In this document: one piece after another, positions 27,780 through 33,168 of the stretch
Position numbering within the stretch: the stretch's first letter is position 1
How the letters are laid out: the number at the start of each line of letters is the position of its first letter
From: Flavobacteriales bacterium
GTDB taxonomy: Bacteria; Bacteroidota; Bacteroidia; CAMBQF01
DNA length: 33,168 bases
Assembly (NCBI GenBank): GCA_031412115.1
Contig: JANOCJ010000110.1
Coordinates: 1 to 33,168 of the forward strand
Direction: 5' to 3'
Translations under genes and position numbers: made by a program
Notes under the pieces: generated by a model
The model's input: the letters and a program-made list of their open reading frames with translations, nothing else
What the model was told of the DNA's origin: nothing
Database searches by the model: none

Positions 27780-28273
27780 GCCTCCCTGCCGGGGGCGTTC
27801 ATTTCTTTTGCTTGCACAAAAGAAACGAACCAAAGAAAATGCACCACGAAACCCAACCTTCATTTCGCCTTGCCCGTCCGAATGGATGAAGCCATTCATC
27901 CGGGCGGACACTACGTGCGCCACCCGCACAGGCCTTGCGAAATTTCAGGTTCGAACGTTTCGTGGACGTCCCTCACACAAATAAAATGTGAGTAATCTTG
28001 CGCAAGCAATAAACCGGCCTAGCGTTTTGAGGCGGGGAACCCGCAGAGAAGTGGAGCGCTGAAAATCTGCGCTGCTCGACGTTTCGATGCCCTTAGGCAC
28101 ATCGAAACTAGTTTGCAGATTTTAGCGTAACGCCCTCTAAGCGGGTCGCCGAGAAATGCAGCCGGGAGTTTTCTTTATCCATAAGTTAATTGTTTTTTAA
28201 AGTGGATGAATTAACTTCGTTTGCTTACTTTCTTTTGCGGAAAAAGAAAGTAAGGCCCTCCCGGCAGGGAAGC
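27780..28273. other. Large structured intergenic element (MITE-like repeat or ncRNA)
   Basis: Terminal inverted repeat TCCCTGCCGGG (27783-27793) / CCCGGCAGGGA (28260-28270), with more than 10 nested internal helices. Confidence 0.65.
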
Positions 28274-28303
28274 CAGCAATCTATTCCTTACTACCTTTAC
28301 CCT

Positions 28304-28789
28304 ATGGCAAACAGCAAAATAAAAAGCAGCACGCATTGGGCAGACAAGATGAAAAAGCCTGCTGCGCCCTTTGTAGAGGTTGTTGAAGAACAAAAGGGGC
28401 CTGTTTACCCACCGGGCCGTATGCTTATTGCCACGCCCATAGCTATTGACGACATTGTGCGCACCATACCTAAAGGAGAATTGCTGACAAGTGGTAAGCT
28501 GCGCAATATGCTGGCGGCTAAATACGACGCTGATTATGCCTGCCCTATGACAACGGGAATATTTTTACGCATTGCGGCTGAATATGCCGAAGAACAACGT
28601 AGTGGCGGAGTGAAAAATATTACGCCTTATTGGCGCGTTATACGCGATGACGGCTCGTTAATAGATAAACTGCCCGGTGGGGTTACCCACCAGGCAGAGT
28701 TGCTGGCTAAAGAGGGGTTTACCTTTCAGCCGAAAGGAAAAAATAATTTGCGGGTGAAGGATTTTGCCCTCCACCTGTATCACGCTTAG
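28304..28789 (+). CDS. MGMT-family DNA-binding protein, alkyltransferase-like (no catalytic Cys)
   Basis: IPKGELLT, CP.TTGIF, PYWRVI (in place of PCHRV) and Q.ELL..EG motifs. ATG 28304 follows TACCTTTA. Confidence 0.8.
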   Translation: MANSKIKSSTHWADKMKKPAAPFVEVVEEQKGPVYPPGRMLIATPIAIDDIVRTIPKGELLTSGKLRNMLAAKYDADYACPMTTGIFLRIAAEYAEEQRSGGVKNITPYWRVIRDDGSLIDKLPGGVTHQAELLAKEGFTFQPKGKNNLRVKDFALHLYHA

Positions 28790-29088
28790 TGTACAATATT
28801 CAGTTTGGCCATCAGTTTGTCTGATACCGGGTCGCTATAAAGGCCATAGCCGTTTACCAACAATCCTTTTGTACCATCTGCTGCCTGTATGGCATACAAA
28901 ACCGACTGGTCGTCAGGGTCTGTCATGCCTTCAAAACGCACCACTTTTACCACCTCAAAATCGTCGGGTTTAAGGGTAAGGTTAAGGGCAATACATTCCA
29001 AGCAATAGCCTTTGGCGTTAAAATCGTGGGTAAAGCCTTCCTCTTTCAAGTCATCAATGGCATCTACCAGGCTTTCGTATGTTTTCAT
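28786..29088 (-). CDS. Conserved small Bacteroidota protein
   Basis: L..EGFT.DF, RFEGMTDPDDQS.LYAI and KG.LV.GYG motifs; 2 nt downstream of dps. Confidence 0.8.
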   Translation of the reverse strand: MKTYESLVDAIDDLKEEGFTHDFNAKGYCLECIALNLTLKPDDFEVVKVVRFEGMTDPDDQSVLYAIQAADGTKGLLVNGYGLYSDPVSDKLMAKLNIVH

Positions 29089-29090
29089 AA

Positions 29091-29588
29091 TTAGGGTTGG
29101 TTTAAGTATGCACTGTACATCCATACCAGTTTTTCCTGTTGACGGATGTAATCGCTCATTAGGGCATGGGTGCCTTCGTCTTCGTCCGATAGGTCAAGTA
29201 TCAACCGTTCTTTTTCTAATATAATGCGCAGGCCATCTAAAATAAGCCCTACCGCTGTTTTGCCATCGGTTACGTTGGTACTTTCTTTAATTTCTGAGCG
29301 TTTTAGGTATTCAGAAAAAGCATGGGTAGGTATTTTGCTTAATGTGCGTATACGCTCGGCTATTTCGTCAATTTTTACCTGCAAATCATTATACAGTTCT
29401 TCAAATTTTACGTGGAGTACAAAAAAGTTGTCGCCTTTTAGGTTCCAGTGGTAACCGCGCACGTTAATATAATATACGTGGTAGGTGGTAAGTAAATCAT
29501 CTAATTGTTGGGCCAGCTCATTGGCCAGTTTGGGTTCTAAGCCAATGCTTGTAGTGCGTGCAGCTTTTTTATTTTTGCTATTTTTCAT
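29091..29588 (-). CDS. dps: Dps DNA-protecting ferritin-like protein
   Basis: HWNLKG..FF.LH.KFEELY, DEIAERI and EKLVWM ferroxidase motifs. Confidence 0.95.
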   Translation of the reverse strand: MKNSKNKKAARTTSIGLEPKLANELAQQLDDLLTTYHVYYINVRGYHWNLKGDNFFVLHVKFEELYNDLQVKIDEIAERIRTLSKIPTHAFSEYLKRSEIKESTNVTDGKTAVGLILDGLRIILEKERLILDLSDEDEGTHALMSDYIRQQEKLVWMYSAYLNQP

Positions 29589-29746
29589 TTTAATTTAGTT
29601 TTTTTAATGGTCAATACATTTACTAAACACCAATAACTTAGTAGTTGTTTACTTTGGTGTGCCAATATGGCAAAAATAAACATAAAGGCATGATTAATGT
29701 TGTAACATCAATTAAAGAATTAACATATCCATAAAAAGGAGAAACA

Positions 29747-30457
29747 ATGAAAACCTTGCTTCACACAGCAGACACCCGTGGTGGTGCAAACCACGGCTGG
29801 CTTAACGCCAAACACAGTTTTAGCTTTGGCCAGTATTATGACAAAACCCGCGAGCATTTTGGTGCCTTGCGTGTGTTAAACGATGATGCCATTGCCGGCG
29901 GTACCGGTTTTGGAACCCATCCGCACGATAATTTTGAGATTGTAACCATACCGTTGGAGGGTGGTGTGGAGCATAAAGACAGTATGGGCAACCATGGCAT
30001 AATCCGCCCCGGCGAGGTGCAAATTATGAGCGCCGGAACGGGTATACAGCACTCTGAAAAAAATGCCGACCATGATAAGGAGTTGAAACTGTTTCAGATT
30101 TGGGTATCCCCCAAAGAGCGCGACATTGCCCCACGGTACGACCAACGAGCATACCCTGTTGAAGGCCGCCAAAACCGCTGGCAAATTGTAGTATCGCCAA
30201 AGCATGACGAGGCTGTTTGGATTAACCAGGATGCCTACTTTAACTTAGGCCATTTTGATGCCAATAAAGATGTGGAATACAAAGTAAACACCCCTGGCAA
30301 CGGCATTTATTTAATGGTGGTTGAAGGCAGTGTTGAGGTAGATGGTAAAACCCTTAACCGCCGCGATGCAATTGGTATTTGGGAGACTGATGCCATCAAC
30401 TTAAAAACCAATAGCGAAAGCGAATTGTTGCTTTTGGAAGTGCCGATGGAATTTTAA
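29747..30457 (+). CDS. Pirin family protein (YhhW-like)
   Basis: HSFSF, LRVLNDD, GFGTHPH, H.DSMGN, MSAGTGIQHSE and FQIW motifs. Confidence 0.93.
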   Translation: MKTLLHTADTRGGANHGWLNAKHSFSFGQYYDKTREHFGALRVLNDDAIAGGTGFGTHPHDNFEIVTIPLEGGVEHKDSMGNHGIIRPGEVQIMSAGTGIQHSEKNADHDKELKLFQIWVSPKERDIAPRYDQRAYPVEGRQNRWQIVVSPKHDEAVWINQDAYFNLGHFDANKDVEYKVNTPGNGIYLMVVEGSVEVDGKTLNRRDAIGIWETDAINLKTNSESELLLLEVPMEF

Positions 30458-30481
30458 TATTAGTTGGAAATAATAAATGCA

Positions 30482-30516
30482 AAAAGGGGATTTAGCAATG
30501 TGCTAAAACCCCTTTT
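30482..30516. terminator. Bidirectional intrinsic terminator
   Basis: AAAAGGGG-a-TTTAGCA-atg-TGCTAAA-a-CCCCTTTT between convergent genes. Confidence 0.75.
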
Positions 30517-30534
30517 GTTTTATAATAGAATGGT

Positions 30535-30912
30535 TTACATATATTTTGACAAAAAGCCTATAAACTCGCGGCGAAGCGCGTTAAAAGCCTCTTCAAAACT
30601 GTCAACGCTGCTGCGCTCATTGCTATGGTCGTGTAGCGACACGTGCGCTGCTGCAGGGTTGGTGTCTACTTTGCTTTCAACAAAACTTTCGTGCTCATTT
30701 ATAGCATGGCGCAATTCATCCATTTGCTCTTTGCGCATAATAAACTGGTTTTGAAAATGCTCGGCATGGGCCAAAAAATCAGGGGCGTTGTTCTTACTCA
30801 CAACCTCTTGCAATTGCTTTTGCAATACAGCCAAATCATCAGTATAAAAATTTAGTTTATTTAGCCAGGTGGTATGCTCTTCGTGTAGCGTAAATGCTTT
30901 TACTTGTTCCAT
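30535..30912 (-). CDS. Hypothetical helical protein with several His/Glu residues
   Basis: LH.EH..W...L.FY, HFQNQF and HE motifs; -7 box TACTTTTG at 30933-30940 on the minus strand. Confidence 0.75.
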   Translation of the reverse strand: MEQVKAFTLHEEHTTWLNKLNFYTDDLAVLQKQLQEVVSKNNAPDFLAHAEHFQNQFIMRKEQMDELRHAINEHESFVESKVDTNPAAAHVSLHDHSNERSSVDSFEEAFNALRREFIGFLSKYM

Positions 30913-30962
30913 AGGTGTTTATTTTGTTATTGCAAAAGTATCCTATGGCAACGGCCCTAATT

Positions 30963-30998
30963 ATGATATTGGTCAGCACAGAAACTGATGTTTGTCAG
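30963..30998. promoter_or_regulatory. Tandem Crp/Fnr-like boxes
   Basis: ATGAT-attg-GTCAG and CTGAT-gttt-GTCAG, offset by 22 bp. Confidence 0.5.
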
Positions 30999-31000
30999 GC

Positions 31001-31924
31001 TTACAGCGTATACCGTATGCCTACCGATTTTTCGTAAAACCACGATTTGATGGACGAGTTGCCCCATACCAAATATTCTACCCCACCTTTAAGCATACCA
31101 AATAGGGCCAGGTGTTTCAGCACTTTATCTGTTTTACTTAACCTAAATGCTAATGTAATGGGTATGTAGGGCCTAAAAACAAAAGCCGAACGGCTTTTGC
31201 CGCCGTCATTAACCTCATAGTTTACGGTGTTGTCAAGTTCTATAGTGCTGTAATCAATCAATGCCCAATAAAAGGGTTTAGTATCGGGGTATAAGTTGCG
31301 GCTGTACCCCTCGGTATAGCTACCTGAATATTGGTTGGCCAGCGTAGCCCCCATACTTACGCCAAGCCCGGCGCTTATGTATATGCGCGCTTGCGGGTTT
31401 GATGAGTATTGGTAATTTAAATCGGCACAAAGGGTGCTAAAAGTGTTGCTAAATGTAAAGCGTTTGTAGTTTAGCGAGTCAACTTTAAAGGGCGTAGTAC
31501 CCATGGTAAAACTATCTACAGTAGCATAGCCAATATTATTTAAATCGGCCGATATGTCTATAAAATTTGAGTACCATAAACCTACGCTAAACACATGCCT
31601 GCCGTTGCCTTTGTTTTGTAGCCGCTCAGGGTTTAGGGTAAATTGGGCGTTAAGGCCAATGGCAAAATCATTTTGTTTGGCCCAGTTGCCATTTAAATTG
31701 TACGAAAAGTTTGGCGATATGGTAACCCCCGGCAGTGGCGACCCTTTAGCGGCAATATTTTTTGTCATCATAGGGCTGCCAATACTGTAAGAATCATAGT
31801 CGGCGCGCCCATCGTATAGCGATATGCCGCTAAATAATAGTAACGGCTTTTTCTCCTCAACAGGTTGTTGGGTATACCCCATTTGAAAGGCTATGAGTGC
31901 GAGTATTAGGGTAAGGTGTTTCAT
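31001..31924 (-). CDS. Hypothetical exported protein, probably an outer-membrane beta-barrel
   Basis: Signal peptide from ATG 31924, amphipathic beta-strands and C-terminal VGIRYTL. Confidence 0.65.
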   Translation of the reverse strand: MKHLTLILALIAFQMGYTQQPVEEKKPLLLFSGISLYDGRADYDSYSIGSPMMTKNIAAKGSPLPGVTISPNFSYNLNGNWAKQNDFAIGLNAQFTLNPERLQNKGNGRHVFSVGLWYSNFIDISADLNNIGYATVDSFTMGTTPFKVDSLNYKRFTFSNTFSTLCADLNYQYSSNPQARIYISAGLGVSMGATLANQYSGSYTEGYSRNLYPDTKPFYWALIDYSTIELDNTVNYEVNDGGKSRSAFVFRPYIPITLAFRLSKTDKVLKHLALFGMLKGGVEYLVWGNSSIKSWFYEKSVGIRYTL

Positions 31925-31963
31925 GGTAATAGTTAAACGGTTTGTTAAGTGTATTATTTTCAC

Positions 31964-31990
31964 TCCTCACTCCTAGCTTCTCTCTACTCT
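31964..31990 (+). repeat. Left arm of a 27-bp inverted repeat (7-nt periodic)
   Basis: TCCTCACTCCTagCttCTCTCTACTCT, 23/27 identical to the reverse complement of 33084-33110. Confidence 0.7.
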
Positions 31991-33066
31991 AAAATAAAAC
32001 TCTTCAGCAATTTTTTATCAGTTGCGCCCCAGTACTCTGCCACTACCTTTCCGTCGGGGTAGTAAAGTAGTTTTACTAATCCGCCTTGTTGGTCTTCGGT
32101 AAATAAATCGGGGTATTTGTTCATTTTTTTGTGCGATAATTTGCTGCCCGAACCCGATACAATATAGTGGTCGTCTCCATTCTGAAAAAACTGTAAAAAA
32201 TGCTCGTGGCCCGATGCGTTGATGATGCCCTTGTACTTAGCCTCGATAGCAAAAAAGCGGTTGCGCATGCGCTTAAAGCGCGGCTGCGGAATATCCTGCG
32301 ATAACAAGCGGTTTGCACCTATCAACCCTAATAATTGAAATGGGGTATAGTTGACCAAAAAGCGCAGCGGTTGTTTAGCTGTGCCATGGCCACCGTTGGT
32401 AAACAGTGGGTGGTGGTAAAGCAACACCACACGCTCGTTTAAGGCAGCACTAGCCGCCAGCATACTATCTAAGCGATTAAAGAATATATCGGCCGTTTCT
32501 TTTTTGCTTTTGCCCGGCAGTTTATCTTTTTTATGAAAGTGTAAAAACCATTGTGTATCAATAAAAATATAGCGCAGGCCTTTTACCGGACTAAAACTTT
32601 CAGGCCCCGGTAAGCCCGCCGTTGGGGCAAACTGTAGGCGTTTGGCCTCGGGGTCATTGCTGGTTTGCGCGCCGGTGTATACGTAGTTTTCTATATACTT
32701 TTCCTCTTCTTTAACAGCCTTTAAACCACCGGGTAATTGCTCGTCCCAATCGTGGTTGCCGGGTACAAAAAATACATAGCCCGGGTGGTTGTTTACCACC
32801 TGTAGTTGGCTCAACAGGTTGCGCTCGCTTTCAGTAGTATCGCCTGGCGTTTTGCTAAGGTGCAGGCCTGCGGGGTACACATTATCGCCCATAAAAATAA
32901 CGCTGCTGTTGGGCGTAGTATCAGCCATAGCCTTTAGCATTTGCAGCGTAGCGCCGGGCGTAGCCTGCTTACCGGCATCGCCAATTAAAAATACGGTATA
33001 AGGCTGCTGCGCAAGTAATAGAGCGGAGAAACAGAAAGAGAGCGTAAGGAGGATGATTTTTTTCAT
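31984..33066 (-). CDS. Secreted calcineurin-like metallophosphoesterase
   Basis: GDAG, GDNVYP, GNHDW, HHP and GHEH motifs; signal peptide; TACCTTTG at 33072-33079 on the minus strand. Confidence 0.9.
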   Translation of the reverse strand: MKKIILLTLSFCFSALLLAQQPYTVFLIGDAGKQATPGATLQMLKAMADTTPNSSVIFMGDNVYPAGLHLSKTPGDTTESERNLLSQLQVVNNHPGYVFFVPGNHDWDEQLPGGLKAVKEEEKYIENYVYTGAQTSNDPEAKRLQFAPTAGLPGPESFSPVKGLRYIFIDTQWFLHFHKKDKLPGKSKKETADIFFNRLDSMLAASAALNERVVLLYHHPLFTNGGHGTAKQPLRFLVNYTPFQLLGLIGANRLLSQDIPQPRFKRMRNRFFAIEAKYKGIINASGHEHFLQFFQNGDDHYIVSGSGSKLSHKKMNKYPDLFTEDQQGGLVKLLYYPDGKVVAEYWGATDKKLLKSFILE

Positions 33067-33083
33067 TACCCCAAAGGTAATGC

Positions 33084-33110
33084 AGAGTAGAGAGCGGAGA
33101 GGAGTGAGGA
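33084..33110 (-). repeat. Right arm of the 27-bp inverted repeat
   Basis: AGAGTAGAGAGCGGAGAGGAGTGAGGA. Confidence 0.7.
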
Positions 33111-33111
33111 T

Positions 33112-33168
33112 TCAGTTATGGCACTGGGCAAGGGCAAGTGTGATCGCCTGCTCGTAGGTGAGCACACT
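33112..33168 (-). CDS. Possible C-terminal end of a gene entering from the right edge
   Basis: Open frame SVLTYEQAITLALAQCHN-stop; only 19 codons are visible. Confidence 0.35.
   Translation of the reverse strand, partial: SVLTYEQAITLALAQCHN

Noticed and set aside
27741-27995. 84-aa ORF, group II intron (GTGCG), tmRNA or RNase P in the structured region
   Set aside because: The ORF has no protein-like features. No intron domain V, tRNA-like ends or RNase P GAGGAAAGTCC motif was found by eye.
28786-29088. Phosphoribosylpyrophosphate synthetase (label I recall being attached to this family)
   Set aside because: Only 100 aa with no PRPP-binding motif, so it is left as a conserved hypothetical protein.

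Overview
Chromosomal window from a Bacteroidota bacterium. Evidence for the phylum: a T9SS-type C-terminal domain, TAnnTTTG -7 promoter boxes often just before start codons, no Shine-Dalgarno sequences, and a DUF2851-PspC pair. It holds about 30 mostly housekeeping or stress genes: VOC, YdeI, a LanF/BcrA-type ABC transporter, two GNATs, an RmlD-like SDR, a PA0069-type radical SAM, creD, SulP plus beta-carbonic anhydrase, icmF, a VIT1 operon, an ATL-like protein, dps, pirin and a metallophosphoesterase. AT-rich accessory genes and several palindromic repeat types are interspersed. Best candidates for undescribed biology: (1) a His-rich leader ORF ending in WQPPK whose 3' end base-pairs with the initiation region of a DUF2231-like/VIT1/diheme-cytochrome operon, a probable metal-sensing arrest-peptide switch; (2) an AT-rich pentapeptide-repeat/TIR gene behind a repeat-bounded palindromic non-coding segment; (3) a ~495-nt almost fully base-paired intergenic element closed by terminal inverted repeats; (4) a T9SS-secreted lysyl oxidase with intact Cu/LTQ residues; (5) two tandem pairs of unknown secreted paralogs. 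No rRNA, tRNA, CRISPR array, transposase or integrase was seen. All calls are by-eye motif recognition; no searches or folding programs were run.
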